Part shown: one piece after another, positions 1 through 10,170 of the stretch
Numbering within the stretch: position 1 is the stretch's first letter
Layout of the letters: each line of letters begins with the position of its first letter
Assembly (NCBI GenBank): GCA_026413865.1
Contig: JAOAKB010000005.1
Coordinates: 803-64,802, forward strand
DNA from: Nitrososphaeria archaeon
Lineage (GTDB): Archaea; Thermoproteota; Nitrososphaeria; JACIWG01
Reading direction: 5' to 3'
DNA length: 64,000 nucleotides
The notes under the pieces: generated by a model
Seen by the model: only the letters and a program-made list of their open reading frames with translations
The model's database searches: none
What the model was told of the DNA's origin: nothing
Translations under genes and position numbers: made by a program

Positions 1-483
1 TGTAAGGGTGCTGTTAAGGTTGTTTTAGACGCTGACGGGTTTAAGGCATTAAAGAATGATCCTCAATTGCTTGAAGGAGTGGTTGCAACTCCTCATGCAG
101 GTGAATTTAAGTATGTTTTTGATATTTCTGTTGGAGAAAGATGGTGGGAGCGTATTGACGTGGCTGTTGACATTGCTCGAAAATATAATTTCACTCTCCT
201 ACTTAAGGGTCATGATACTCTTATAACAGATGGTTCTAGAGTTAAAGTTAATCGTTGGTCAACATCTGGCATGGCTGTCGGAGGAAGTGGTGATGTATTA
301 TCTGGAATTTTAGGCACTTTCCTTGCGTGGGGTAACGATTCTTTTTCTTCGGCTGCGGCTGCAGCCTATGCTCATGGTGATGCTGGGATAAGGGCTGTAG
401 AGAAAAAAGGTTTTCATCTTCTCGCATCCGACTTGTTGAATGAAATACCGACTGTCTTGAAACCTTTTGACAGAGAAGTTTAA
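1..483 (+). CDS. NAD(P)HX dehydratase (YjeF C-terminal, carbohydrate-kinase-like domain), 5'-truncated by window edge
   Basis: Frame 1 is open from base 1. C-terminal motif GMAVGGSGDVLSGILG is typical of YjeF_C / NAD(P)H-hydrate dehydratase. Confidence 0.7.
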   Translation, partial: CKGAVKVVLDADGFKALKNDPQLLEGVVATPHAGEFKYVFDISVGERWWERIDVAVDIARKYNFTLLLKGHDTLITDGSRVKVNRWSTSGMAVGGSGDVLSGILGTFLAWGNDSFSSAAAAAYAHGDAGIRAVEKKGFHLLASDLLNEIPTVLKPFDREV

Positions 484-546
484 TTTTCTTGATATTTTAA
501 AAAATTATTAACATAATGTTCTTACTCTTATGATGTATGGATTAGA

Positions 547-3500
547 ATGCTGTATATAAAGAAGGTTGAAGCTGAAGGTTTTAAAACCTTTAACAAGAAG
601 GTTACTTTAAATCTTCAACCAGGTTTCATTGCAATTACTGGATTAAATGGTTCTGGAAAGTCTAACATTTTCGATGCTATACTCTTTGCCCTGGGTGAAA
701 GTAGTCCAAAGACTTTGAGAGTAACAAGTTTAAAGAACCTTTTATTTGATGGTGGTGTTGGTGGCGAAAAAGCTTCTAAGGCAATTGTTTCTGTACAGTT
801 TGAAAATTCTGGTAGAGAAATTCCTATAGATGCTGATACAGTAACCTTCACAAGAGAAATTAGGGAAGATGGTGAATCGATATTTAAAATAAATGGTAGG
901 CATGTCTCTAAGCAGATGGTTCTTAATCTAACACAACTCTGCCTAATTTCACCTGAAGCATTTAATGTTGTCTTACAGGGTATGATTAATCGTATTGCTG
1001 AATTGAGGCCTGATGAACGTCGTCGCCTGCTCGAGGGTCTTGTTGGTGTAGCACAATTTGATGAAAAAAAGGCTGAAGCTTTAAAGAATCTTGAAGATGC
1101 AACACATAAGCTTGAAATAGCTTTTGCAAGAATTGGAGAAATAAGGAATGTTTTGAGAAAAAATGAAGAGGCAAGGAACATACTATTAAGATATCGTCAT
1201 ATTGAAGAAGAAGTGAGACGCTTGAATGCGATGAAGACTTCAAAAAACATAAATTTCCTGTCACAATCAATTTCGTCTCTAAATTCAAGTCTAGAGGAAG
1301 AAAAGGCCTTGTTAAAGAAAAGATTACGTGATAAGACCGTTTTAGAGTCTGAGATAGAAGCGTTAAAGGGTCAAAGAGAAAGTTTTCTTTCGTCAATATC
1401 TGACCCGTCAAAGACTTTTGTAAACTATGAAATGGAACTTGCTTCAACATTTTCTAAGATAGGTGAACTATCGTCTTCAATAAAGTCTCTTGAAGAAAGG
1501 AACCAAGAGATTGAGCAAGATGTCTCAACATTGTCGACAATGCTTTCGGGGCTTGAGGCTGAAAAAATTACTCTATCCCAAAATCTTGAAAAGTTAAGGA
1601 ACGATATTAAGCTTAAGGAAGGTGAACGGCAAAATCTTTCTCAAGAAATAAAAAAGGTTTCTTCAGAAATAAATGAGTTGAATAAGAAGATTTCTAGGAT
1701 AAAGTCTCAAAAGATTAGGGTTGACACTAAAATTAAGAAGATTGACACAATTTTAGAAAAGGATAAGGCTAAAAAAGAAAAGATATTGTCAGTTTACACG
1801 AAACTTTCGTATAGGGTAAAATTGCTTGAAAATAAACAGAACTCTTTTTCAACAATATTGGATGAACTTAAACAGTCTCTTTCAAACTTGGACAATCTTT
1901 TACAAAGTGAATCGACTGAAGTAGTTTCTCTCTCAAAATCTTATGAAGATGTTGAGAGAAGACGTAAAATGATGCTTGATGTAATAAAGTCTTCTATCGA
2001 AATATTAGAGAAGGTTGAATCAAATATTGTTAAGGCTGAAGCAGTACGGAGGATTGCTGAAGAAGTTCTTGACATAGAAGGGTTGGAAAGGCTTGTTTCT
2101 CTTGCAAAAACTGGTGCTGTAGAAGGTTGTGTTGGACTTGTAAAGGACCTTATAAGCTTTGAAGAAAGGTACATGAAACCAGTTCAATCAGTTTGTGGGC
2201 TGTGGTTTAATGCTATAATTGTTGAAGACAATGAATCATTAAATAAGCTTATTGATGTTGCTAAAAAGATTGGTGCAAAACAATTTAATATTATAACATT
2301 ATCTGAGATAAAACCTGTACCTCTTTCAAATCCTCCTGATGATGCTGGAGTATTAGGCTACCTTTCAAATTTTGTTAATGTCAAAGAAGGTTATGAAGTT
2401 TTAAAAAGTTTTCTTTTTCAAAACACTTTACTGGTGGAAGATAATTCCACTGCATCAAAATATTCGAGGGAAGGGTTTAGATGTGTTACATTAGATGGTG
2501 CCTTATATGAACCATATGGTTTGGGGTACGTTTCGGGATTTCCAGAAATTCTTGAGGCAGTATCATCTTATGGTGTGGACGAATACTATAATGAGCTTAA
2601 GACTGTAATATTGAGCCTTAAGCGGATTGTTGAAAAGAGGCAAAGTGACTTGGAGAGGTTGAATGAAAAGAGTAAGGCTTTATTGGAAAAGAAGGCTGAA
2701 ATTTCTAAAAGCCTAGGTCAAGTTCATGGTGAAATTGATTCAATAATCAAGTTTGTCAAAAAATATTCTGAAACATATTCCTCAAATCAGGAGAAGCTTA
2801 ATAGCTTGAGAAATAAGCTTTCTAAGGTTGAATTTTATCTTAAAAGAATAGAAGACAAGATTGGTAGATTGAATGCAAAAAGGGAAGAATTGTTGAAAAT
2901 TTTACAAAGTGATGAAGAAAATGTTGAAGCTCAAAAACTTATTGAATTGAATAACATTCTAAATAGCTTAAACAGTCAGCACCAATCTTTAACCAATCTA
3001 ATTAATGAAATGAACGTAAACTTTCTACAGGTGAAGAATAGGCTCGAAAATGATGTTCTAGTATCGTACAATAATACTAGAAAAAGTATTGAGAAACTTA
3101 AGACAGAGTACAATGCTAACAAGATTAAGATTGAGGAAAGTAAATGTCTTCTAATAAGTTTAAAAGAAAAATATGATAGTTTAAAATCTAGAGAGGAAGA
3201 ATTCCATCAAGCCTCAATAAATATGCAAAAGACTATCTCGGAGTTTGACACTAAAATTAGTGAAAAAATTTCTCAACTTAGTTCTTTAAATGAAATGATA
3301 AATAGGTCCACTTTAAGAATAAATCAGATTAGTAGTAAGATCGATAACTTGAGGGAAAAGCTTGAAGCTGAATATAATGTGTTAAGACTTTATGGCTACA
3401 GTTCCCCAATAGAATATGTTGAAGGGTCAGAAGATATTCTTTTGATGCTTCAGCAGGAGATGGAGGAGATTAAGCCTATGCTAAACTATTTGGCTGAAAA

Positions 3501-4083
3501 GGATTACGAGACTGTTCTTGAAGGTTACAAGAATCTTTCTATTAGAAGTAATCAGCTTGAGGAGGAAAGAGAAAGTATTATCGCCTTGATAGAAGAAATA
3601 GATAGCCAAAAGAAGAAGGTGTTCATGGACGCTTTTGAAAAGATTGATCGTAGTTTGAGAAGTATTTTTAAGGAACTTACTGATGGTGAAGCATGGCTTG
3701 AGCTAGAGAATCCTGAAGACATATTTTCTGGAGGAATATATTTGATGGCAAGTTTTCCTGGAAAAAGGCCTAAGGAATCTCTTATGCTGAGTGGTGGTGA
3801 AAAGACTATTACTACTGTCGCATTTATTCTAGCAATGCAGAGTGCATACAAGTCCCCATTCTATCTACTAGATGAGGTTGACGCTCACCTTGATCAGCTA
3901 AATTTGGAAAGGTTAACTAAGATTTTGAAGGATCGTTCTAAGGAAGCCCAAATTATATTAATAACTTTAAAGGATTTAACACTTTCTAAAGCTGACAAAA
4001 TATTTGGCGTTTACCAGCGCGGTGGTAGTGCAAATGTTGTAGAATATTCTCCAGGCATTACTGTTAAGGAGGTTAATGCATGA
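547..4083 (+). CDS. smc: SMC chromosome segregation ATPase
   Basis: 1178 aa. N-terminal Walker A GLNGSGKSN, long coiled-coil arms, central hinge, C-terminal signature LSGGEKT and Walker B YLLDEVDAHLD. Followed by scpA and scpB. Confidence 0.92.
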   Translation: MLYIKKVEAEGFKTFNKKVTLNLQPGFIAITGLNGSGKSNIFDAILFALGESSPKTLRVTSLKNLLFDGGVGGEKASKAIVSVQFENSGREIPIDADTVTFTREIREDGESIFKINGRHVSKQMVLNLTQLCLISPEAFNVVLQGMINRIAELRPDERRRLLEGLVGVAQFDEKKAEALKNLEDATHKLEIAFARIGEIRNVLRKNEEARNILLRYRHIEEEVRRLNAMKTSKNINFLSQSISSLNSSLEEEKALLKKRLRDKTVLESEIEALKGQRESFLSSISDPSKTFVNYEMELASTFSKIGELSSSIKSLEERNQEIEQDVSTLSTMLSGLEAEKITLSQNLEKLRNDIKLKEGERQNLSQEIKKVSSEINELNKKISRIKSQKIRVDTKIKKIDTILEKDKAKKEKILSVYTKLSYRVKLLENKQNSFSTILDELKQSLSNLDNLLQSESTEVVSLSKSYEDVERRRKMMLDVIKSSIEILEKVESNIVKAEAVRRIAEEVLDIEGLERLVSLAKTGAVEGCVGLVKDLISFEERYMKPVQSVCGLWFNAIIVEDNESLNKLIDVAKKIGAKQFNIITLSEIKPVPLSNPPDDAGVLGYLSNFVNVKEGYEVLKSFLFQNTLLVEDNSTASKYSREGFRCVTLDGALYEPYGLGYVSGFPEILEAVSSYGVDEYYNELKTVILSLKRIVEKRQSDLERLNEKSKALLEKKAEISKSLGQVHGEIDSIIKFVKKYSETYSSNQEKLNSLRNKLSKVEFYLKRIEDKIGRLNAKREELLKILQSDEENVEAQKLIELNNILNSLNSQHQSLTNLINEMNVNFLQVKNRLENDVLVSYNNTRKSIEKLKTEYNANKIKIEESKCLLISLKEKYDSLKSREEEFHQASINMQKTISEFDTKISEKISQLSSLNEMINRSTLRINQISSKIDNLREKLEAEYNVLRLYGYSSPIEYVEGSEDILLMLQQEMEEIKPMLNYLAEKDYETVLEGYKNLSIRSNQLEEERESIIALIEEIDSQKKKVFMDAFEKIDRSLRSIFKELTDGEAWLELENPEDIFSGGIYLMASFPGKRPKESLMLSGGEKTITTVAFILAMQSAYKSPFYLLDEVDAHLDQLNLERLTKILKDRSKEAQIILITLKDLTLSKADKIFGVYQRGGSANVVEYSPGITVKEVNA

Positions 4084-4721
4084 GTGTAAAGTCTCCTCTG
4101 ACAAAGTTTCCTCTAAAGATTTTAGTGGATACTGAAAGTATTTCTAAAAGGAGGGTTTGGGAAATCAATATATCAGACCTTCTAAAACAGTTTATTACAC
4201 TATATTCAGATTACAAGAAGGATCTGAGGCTTTATGGTACTGTAGCATTATCTTCCTCTATCATATACAAGTTGCAAGTTGAATCGTTTTTCCTTTTCGA
4301 AAAACAGGTTTCAAGGGTTTTTGAGAGTGGAGAGCTTTCTCTTCCAACTATTATTGATGTACCATATAGGCATGAAGTTTATTCTACATCTGTCGATGAC
4401 CTCATTGTTGCCCTAGAAAGGATAATATTCTCTTCTCCAACCAAGAGGATGAAAAAGGAGGAGACACTTGTTCCTGTTGCAAGTCTTGAGCTTCCAACTG
4501 ACCCCTTTTTAATGAACATTGGTGAAATGTTGAAGGAGTTTAAGAAGAAGCTTTTGTCGTTAATGGATGAAGAGCATGCTATAAGTTTTCGAAAGATGGT
4601 TGAAGGCTTACCTATTATTGAGGTTGTAAGAAATTTTCTTTTAACACTTTTTGTGGCGCAGGAAGAGTTTGTTGACCTTATCCAAAAAGAAGATGATATA
4701 ATAATAAAGGTGCTTGTTTAA
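4080..4721 (+). CDS. scpA: Segregation and condensation protein A (kleisin)
   Basis: 213 aa. Start overlaps the smc stop by 4 nt and its stop abuts scpB, the classical smc-scpA-scpB arrangement. Sequence identity itself is only weakly recognisable. Confidence 0.65.
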   Translation: MSVKSPLTKFPLKILVDTESISKRRVWEINISDLLKQFITLYSDYKKDLRLYGTVALSSSIIYKLQVESFFLFEKQVSRVFESGELSLPTIIDVPYRHEVYSTSVDDLIVALERIIFSSPTKRMKKEETLVPVASLELPTDPFLMNIGEMLKEFKKKLLSLMDEEHAISFRKMVEGLPIIEVVRNFLLTLFVAQEEFVDLIQKEDDIIIKVLV

Positions 4722-5257
4722 TGAGTGAAAAGGATGACATAAGTGTTTTGAAGGGCAAAATTGAAGCCGCCCTATACGTTGCCGGTAGACCTCTTTCTCT
4801 GGAAGAACTTTCTAAGGCTACTGGTATACGTTCTAAGAGAAAGAATCTTATCTTGGCTAGAGAAGTTCTTTCAACATACAATTCTTTTTCTAATGCACTT
4901 GAAATTTTAGAGCTTCCAGGAAACCTTTTTGTTTTGCAGCTTAAACAAAAGTATAGGGATGTTATAAAAAAGTTTTCTACTAAACCACTTCTTCCAGAGT
5001 CTGCGTTGAAGACATTATCTTATATTGCATTCTATCAACCTGTTTCTGTTAAAGATATTGTTAACAAGATTGGTGTTAAAGCTTATAGGCATATTTCTAT
5101 GCTTGAAGCACTTGATTTTGTTGCAGCAAAACCTGGTGTTAGACCGAAAACTTATGTTACTACACCAAATTTTTCAAGATATTTTGGTTTAAGTGAGGAC
5201 ATAAACTTGTTAAAGGAGCAGTTAAAGAATAGGGTTAGTAGGGGGTTAAAGCTTTAA
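4721..5257 (+). CDS. scpB: Segregation and condensation protein B
   Basis: N-terminal IEAALYVAGRPLSLEEL winged-helix motif typical of ScpB. Position directly after scpA. Confidence 0.75.
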   Translation: MSEKDDISVLKGKIEAALYVAGRPLSLEELSKATGIRSKRKNLILAREVLSTYNSFSNALEILELPGNLFVLQLKQKYRDVIKKFSTKPLLPESALKTLSYIAFYQPVSVKDIVNKIGVKAYRHISMLEALDFVAAKPGVRPKTYVTTPNFSRYFGLSEDINLLKEQLKNRVSRGLKL

Positions 5258-5311
5258 AGAAAAGTATATTATTTATCCTATATAACCCTCTTTCGCATAG
5301 GTGCTTCTGGT

Positions 5312-5698
5312 ATGCCAAAATATGCAGAAAACTTGAAGAAAAGGAAGCCGACTGGAGGTGTTCGTGTCCCTAATAGGGGTAGGAGAGCATATGAACAGCA
5401 TGGCTATCCTGTAGAAACTAGAATTGGTGAAGAAGAGCGTTTTCTTAAAAAGGGCAAGGGTGGAAACTATAAGGTTAAATGTGTCATGGCCTCTTATGCC
5501 AATGTTGTCGACCATGTTTCAAAACAGACTCGAAAGGTTAAGATTTTGAAGTTTATAACAAACCCTGCAAGTAAAGATCTTACAAGAAGGGGAATTATAA
5601 CTAAAGGTGCTATTTTAGATACAGAACTTGGTCAGGTAAAGGTTACGTCGAGGCCTGGACAGGATGGTGTTGTCAACGCTGTTCTAGTTAAACGGTAG
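5312..5698 (+). CDS. rps8e: 30S ribosomal protein eS8
   Basis: 128 aa, basic. KRKPTGG motif and the overall S8e pattern. Confidence 0.85.
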   Translation: MPKYAENLKKRKPTGGVRVPNRGRRAYEQHGYPVETRIGEEERFLKKGKGGNYKVKCVMASYANVVDHVSKQTRKVKILKFITNPASKDLTRRGIITKGAILDTELGQVKVTSRPGQDGVVNAVLVKR

Positions 5699-5704
5699 TC
5701 GAAA

Positions 5705-6004
5705 TTGAAGGACTACGAACGTATTATATTGTGGCTTGACTATTTTAATTCAAAATTTTCTAGAAATTGTGGTAGACGTGTTCCATTAAATCTTGCTGTC
5801 TCTTCACCAACACTTGAAGAGCTTGTAGAGGCTGCTAGAAGGTTAGGTTATGAAGTTGAGGCGGTTAAGGCAAAGTATCCTAAAAGAAATTGGGAAGAAA
5901 GTGGCTACATTTTAATACCTAAAACAAAAAATAAGACAACGGTTATAAGAGAGATTTCAAAAATGCTTTCGGTTGTCCGTGGAATGAAGCGCCAGAAGAG
6001 TTAA
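5705..6004 (+). CDS. srp19: Signal recognition particle protein SRP19
   Basis: 99 aa. LWLDYFNSKFSRNCGRRVP motif typical of SRP19. TTG start. Confidence 0.8.
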   Translation: MKDYERIILWLDYFNSKFSRNCGRRVPLNLAVSSPTLEELVEAARRLGYEVEAVKAKYPKRNWEESGYILIPKTKNKTTVIREISKMLSVVRGMKRQKS

Positions 6005-6012
6005 AGTTTAAA

Positions 6013-6291
6013 TTGCATGCTTTCGGTTTACATGTTGTGAAAAAACTGGGTATTGTTCTGCATAAGGCTAAAAGCGGGAATCTTGTTTTAAAAGCTACAG
6101 AATTTTTTAAATCTTCACTTACAGTATATGATGATGAGGGTAAAAAGGTTGGTTTTGTTGTAGAAACTTTTGGGCCTGTAAACTCGCCATATGTTCTTGT
6201 TAAACCTACAACTGACAGGATTCATAAACTTTTAGGAAAAACCTTGTACGTGAAGGATGATGGTGAGGGCATTGGAAGAAAAAGAGCCTGA
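6013..6291 (+). CDS. gar1: H/ACA RNP protein Gar1
   Basis: ~90 aa. FGPVNSPYVLVKP motif typical of archaeal Gar1. The true start may be an internal GTG. Confidence 0.7.
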   Translation: MHAFGLHVVKKLGIVLHKAKSGNLVLKATEFFKSSLTVYDDEGKKVGFVVETFGPVNSPYVLVKPTTDRIHKLLGKTLYVKDDGEGIGRKRA

Positions 6292-7183
6292 ATCCAAAGT
6301 TTGTGAAGTCTGTGGTCACAGGCTTATTGTTGACCTAAATTCTGGAGAACTTCTCTGTCCTAAATGTGGTGTGGTCATAAAAGATCATGTGATAGACGAG
6401 CGTCCTGAATGGAAGGCTATAGACTTGGAGGATAAGCAGAAGAGGGTTAGAGTTGGAGCTCCCATGACATATCTCTTGCATGATGAAGGTTTAACAACCT
6501 TTATAGGAAACAAGCCATACGGGGGTTCAAAGGGAAGTGATTTCAAGAATATTAAGGCTGCATCCTCTATAGTTAGAATGAATTCGGAAGAACGTTCGCT
6601 TGTACAAATTCTAGAAAAGATAGATGATTTGAGTAAAAAACTTTCTCTACCAAATAATGTTGCGGAAACAGCCGCATATTTTGTGCACTCAAAAGATGTA
6701 AGACTTTTTCTAAAAAATAAGGGTCAGAGGGAAATTTCAGCCGCACTTGTGTATCTTAGTTGTAGGATATGTAACTTTAACCGTTCATTAAAAGAAGTTT
6801 CCGAAGCCGCTGGATTAAAAAAGAAGGATGTTGCAAAATATTATCGTCTTCTAGTCCAAAACTTTCCAACTTCTTCCATAAAAAGGCCTACAATCTCTAA
6901 CTATGTTACTAAGGCTGCTAATCTTCTGAATCTTTCAACTAAAACTGAACGTCTTGCACTAGCCCTTTCTTCAAAAGTTGAATCATCAAAATTTTCTCAT
7001 GGGAAAAATCCTGCTGGTTTAGCTGCTGCCTGCATATACATTTCTTCAACATTATATGATGAGTCTGTGTCCTCAGATGATCTAGCATCTTGTTTAAATG
7101 TTACTTCTTTGACTGTAAGAAATAGGGTTAGAGAAATTTTGCAAAACTTTGATATAGTTGTTGAACTTGATTCTCTAAAATAG
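6257..7183 (+). CDS. tfb: Transcription initiation factor B (TFIIB homologue)
   Basis: N-terminal zinc ribbon CEVCGH...CPKCG followed by two cyclin-like repeats. 308 aa. Confidence 0.88.
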   Translation: MMVRALEEKEPESKVCEVCGHRLIVDLNSGELLCPKCGVVIKDHVIDERPEWKAIDLEDKQKRVRVGAPMTYLLHDEGLTTFIGNKPYGGSKGSDFKNIKAASSIVRMNSEERSLVQILEKIDDLSKKLSLPNNVAETAAYFVHSKDVRLFLKNKGQREISAALVYLSCRICNFNRSLKEVSEAAGLKKKDVAKYYRLLVQNFPTSSIKRPTISNYVTKAANLLNLSTKTERLALALSSKVESSKFSHGKNPAGLAAACIYISSTLYDESVSSDDLASCLNVTSLTVRNRVREILQNFDIVVELDSLK

Positions 7184-7239
7184 TAAACATTATAGGTAAG
7201 TTCCAAATTTAATATTTTAATAATCTTTATTGGGGGTGT

Positions 7240-7731
7240 ATGCTGTCCATGAATTCAAATGATAATGTTGAGGATGAAGTTTTAGAGGATGAAAAGGAAG
7301 GGTCTTTAGAGTCTACTTTGTCTACAGTAAAAAGTGAAGATGAAGAGCTTGACCTTACTTCGAGAACCTATAAGGCTATTGTAGAACATGGTATGGAGGG
7401 TATTCTTCAGAGTCAGCTTTGGAAGGAATTGAATTTGACAAGCAGGGATGGTAGTAGGCTTGCTATAAGGCTTGAAAAACGTGGTATGATTAGGCGTGAA
7501 AAGGTTCTTGAAAATGGTAGATGGACTTATAGGCTTTATCCCATACGTATGCCAATAAAGACTGCTTCAATAAGAAATTCTCCTTGTCTAACGTGTAAGC
7601 TTGTTGAACAGTGTTCAGAGGATGGTAAGATAACACCAAAAACCTGTAGGATGCTGGAGGATTGGGTTAGAAAAGAATATTCTGCAAATAAGGTTATGAT
7701 GAAGGTTGAAGCTAAGTCAAGCTCGACGTGA
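7240..7731 (+). CDS. Acidic N-terminus + winged-helix protein with C-terminal 4-Cys motif (TFE-beta/RPC34-like candidate)
   Basis: wHTH segment YKAIVEHGMEGILQSQLWKELNLTSRDGSRLAIRLEKRGMIRRE, then C-x2-C-x5-C-x11-C (CLTCKLVEQCSEDGKITPKTC). The TFE-beta assignment is from architecture only. Confidence 0.35.
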   Translation: MLSMNSNDNVEDEVLEDEKEGSLESTLSTVKSEDEELDLTSRTYKAIVEHGMEGILQSQLWKELNLTSRDGSRLAIRLEKRGMIRREKVLENGRWTYRLYPIRMPIKTASIRNSPCLTCKLVEQCSEDGKITPKTCRMLEDWVRKEYSANKVMMKVEAKSSST

Positions 7732-8302
7732 TTTTTACAGAAGAAAGGCTAAAGAGGAAGGCTACAAAAGTAGGGCTGCATACAAGCTCATTGAATTGGT
7801 TAAAAAATATGGTCTAATTAGAGCTGGAGATTATGTTATAGATTTTGGATGTGCTCCAGGTGGATGGCTACAGGTTGCAAGCAAATATGTTGGGTTGGAG
7901 GGTAAAGTTTTCGGCTTCGACATAAAGGCTGTTAAAATTGGTTTGCCAAACGTCTTCACATATATTCTGGATATTTCCTCACCAGATGCTCTAGATGTTG
8001 TTAAAAGATGTGTATTAGGTGAAGTTAATGTTGTTCTTTCTGACCTTTCACCCAACATTAGTGGTGTATGGGAGGTTGATCATGCTAAACAGATAGACCT
8101 CACTTTAAAGGTTATTGAAATGTTCCCGAATATTTTAAAACAGGGTGGAAACTGTTTGTTAAAGGTCTTTCAGGGGCCATATCTTGATCTTGTCCGAAAT
8201 AGGCTAAAAAGTATTTTTGATGAAGTATATCTTACTAAACCTTCTGCAAGTAGGAAAGAAAGTAGTGAACTATACTTTGTGTGCCTATCATATCTTGGCT
8301 AA
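7706..8302 (+). CDS. rlmE: 23S rRNA 2'-O-ribose methyltransferase RlmE/FtsJ
   Basis: SRAAYKLIEL and DFGCAPGGW (SAM-binding) motifs. 198 aa. TTG start. Confidence 0.85.
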   Translation: MKLSQARRDFYRRKAKEEGYKSRAAYKLIELVKKYGLIRAGDYVIDFGCAPGGWLQVASKYVGLEGKVFGFDIKAVKIGLPNVFTYILDISSPDALDVVKRCVLGEVNVVLSDLSPNISGVWEVDHAKQIDLTLKVIEMFPNILKQGGNCLLKVFQGPYLDLVRNRLKSIFDEVYLTKPSASRKESSELYFVCLSYLG

Positions 8303-9445
8303 CTTTAATAAAATTTCTTCGATAACTTTTACTGGTGCGTTCGTCCTAATTCCTCTACTATTTAATATTGTTCTAGTAGCAAAATATCCTTTCTCTCTAA
8401 GTTTTTCAACAACCTTTTCTATCGCTGGTGTCATAATCTGTAGTCTGTCACATATTCCGCTAACGAGATGATATGAAATTGGGCCGTCTGCCTCCATATA
8501 AGCTAAGTTTATCATTTTCAAATATTTTTTATAATCCAACTTTTTTGCAGTATCCTCCATAGCTTTAACAAATTTTTTTTCAAAAATTTTTCCAATCCAA
8601 AGGGGTCCCGCTACTTGAAGTTTTTGTCCACAATTTTTGCAGACTCCACTATTCTCTAATAACTTTATTCTATCATGGCATATGCTGCAATGTCCAATAT
8701 ATCCTATCTCTTCTAAACACTTGTCTCCCTCTTCCGCTCCATCAGTTACAATAGCATATACTCTTAGATAGTGTCTGGTTGAATGACAGAATATTGGCTT
8801 TATACCCTTGTCATATCTTGTTGCTGCAAGGGCTAAAGAACTATACAATAATCTTAATCCTATCTCGTGACAGTATTCTGTTCTTAATGATCTACCATAA
8901 TATTTTCTTAATGCAGTCTTTTCATGTATTCCACACAATACTGGTGTATCTGTTGCTGTAAGTGAGATCATACCATTTCTTTTAACAGTTCTTATCACAT
9001 CTTCAATGAATGGTGTCGGTGTCCCAAACGGGTCAACGTCTATTATATCAAAGTAGTTTCCCTCCTTTCTACTTGATGCTAGAAAATGTTCTGCATAATC
9101 GTTTGAAAATATACACTTTTCCACAACATTGTTTATTTCAGCATTCTTTTTTGCTATTTCAATTGCATTGGGGTTTATGTCATTTAAATAAATTTTTGAT
9201 ATATCTGTTTCTTTTGCAACCCTGATTCCTCTGGCTCCTATACCGCATAAGATGTCGAGAAACTGTAAACTTTTTCCAACTTGATTATAAAATGTTTCAT
9301 AAACAATTATTGATAGGTCTCTGCTTTCTACTCCTCTTGGGTTAAAAAATGCTGGCTGCATTGGTGGCACATTATATATTAAACTTTCTTCTGGAACAAG
9401 TAGGATTGATTTGCCCTCTGTATACTCTACAAGTTTACTATCCAT
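8288..9445 (-). CDS. trm1: tRNA (guanine26-N2)-dimethyltransferase Trm1
   Basis: 385 aa. TRM1-family layout with SAM-MTase core (LDILCGIGARGIR) and Cys cluster CSICHDR...CKNCG. Confidence 0.85.
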   Translation of the reverse strand: MDSKLVEYTEGKSILLVPEESLIYNVPPMQPAFFNPRGVESRDLSIIVYETFYNQVGKSLQFLDILCGIGARGIRVAKETDISKIYLNDINPNAIEIAKKNAEINNVVEKCIFSNDYAEHFLASSRKEGNYFDIIDVDPFGTPTPFIEDVIRTVKRNGMISLTATDTPVLCGIHEKTALRKYYGRSLRTEYCHEIGLRLLYSSLALAATRYDKGIKPIFCHSTRHYLRVYAIVTDGAEEGDKCLEEIGYIGHCSICHDRIKLLENSGVCKNCGQKLQVAGPLWIGKIFEKKFVKAMEDTAKKLDYKKYLKMINLAYMEADGPISYHLVSGICDRLQIMTPAIEKVVEKLREKGYFATRTILNSRGIRTNAPVKVIEEILLKLAKI

Positions 9446-9460
9446 ACTTCCATCATTCCT

Positions 9461-10138
9461 TTAGGAGGATAAAAATTGTTTACTTGAGGGACAATCATCT
9501 TTGACTGGGCATATCATGCACCTTGGTTTTTTTGCTTTACATATTTTTCTTCCAAACATTATTAGGGCAAAATGTGTTTTCAGTCTTTCTTCTTCTGGAA
9601 CTATTTCCTCCAGCTTTCTTCTTATCTCAAAGTATTTATCTTTTTTATCCGCTATTTCCAGTCTCTTGGAAACTCTACTCACATGTGTGTCAACTGGAAT
9701 TATATTTCTTTTTCTTTTAAATGCCAAAAATATGTCGATTGTTTTAGGGCCTATGCCCTTAACTTTTGAAAGGAACTCCTTTATCTCCTCATCGTCCATT
9801 ATATCTAGTTTTCTTTCATCACCTAACTCGTATTTTATCTTTTTTGCCAATTCTATTATTCTTGGTGCCTTAACATTATATAATCCTGCGGGCTTTAGGC
9901 ATTCAATTATTTTCTCTTTTTTTGCTGAAAGTATTGATTCAATATTTAGTCCAATTTCCTTTTTTAAAAGCTCAACAGCTTTCATTGTATTTTTGTCATT
10001 TGTATTTTGTGATATTATTGTAGTTACAAGTGTTTCGAATGCGCTTTCATTATTAACATTTTTTTCAACCTTCATTTCTTCAACTATTCTTTTTATTATT
10101 TTACTTAGCTCCAACTTAATCTTAATTTTTGTATACAA
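9461..10138 (-). CDS. nth: Endonuclease III (HhH-GPD DNA glycosylase/AP lyase)
   Basis: HhH motif KGIGPKTIDIFL and C-terminal 4Fe-4S loop CKAKKPRCMICPVKDDC. Confidence 0.85.
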   Translation of the reverse strand: MYTKIKIKLELSKIIKRIVEEMKVEKNVNNESAFETLVTTIISQNTNDKNTMKAVELLKKEIGLNIESILSAKKEKIIECLKPAGLYNVKAPRIIELAKKIKYELGDERKLDIMDDEEIKEFLSKVKGIGPKTIDIFLAFKRKRNIIPVDTHVSRVSKRLEIADKKDKYFEIRRKLEEIVPEEERLKTHFALIMFGRKICKAKKPRCMICPVKDDCPSSKQFLSS

Positions 10139-10170
10139 AACTACATAAATATATTTAGTTTATACCTTTA

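Noticed and set aside
615-3851. Minus-strand ORFs inside smc (615..1181, 986..1450, 1941..2174, 3552..3851)
   Set aside because: They are antisense to a 1178-aa gene with unambiguous SMC motifs and carry no independent signals.
9501-10148. 215-aa plus-strand ORF (and nested 65-aa ORFs) opposite nth
   Set aside because: It is antisense to a well-supported endonuclease III gene. Its product is Ser/Phe/Ile-rich low complexity, as expected for a shadow ORF in AT-rich DNA.
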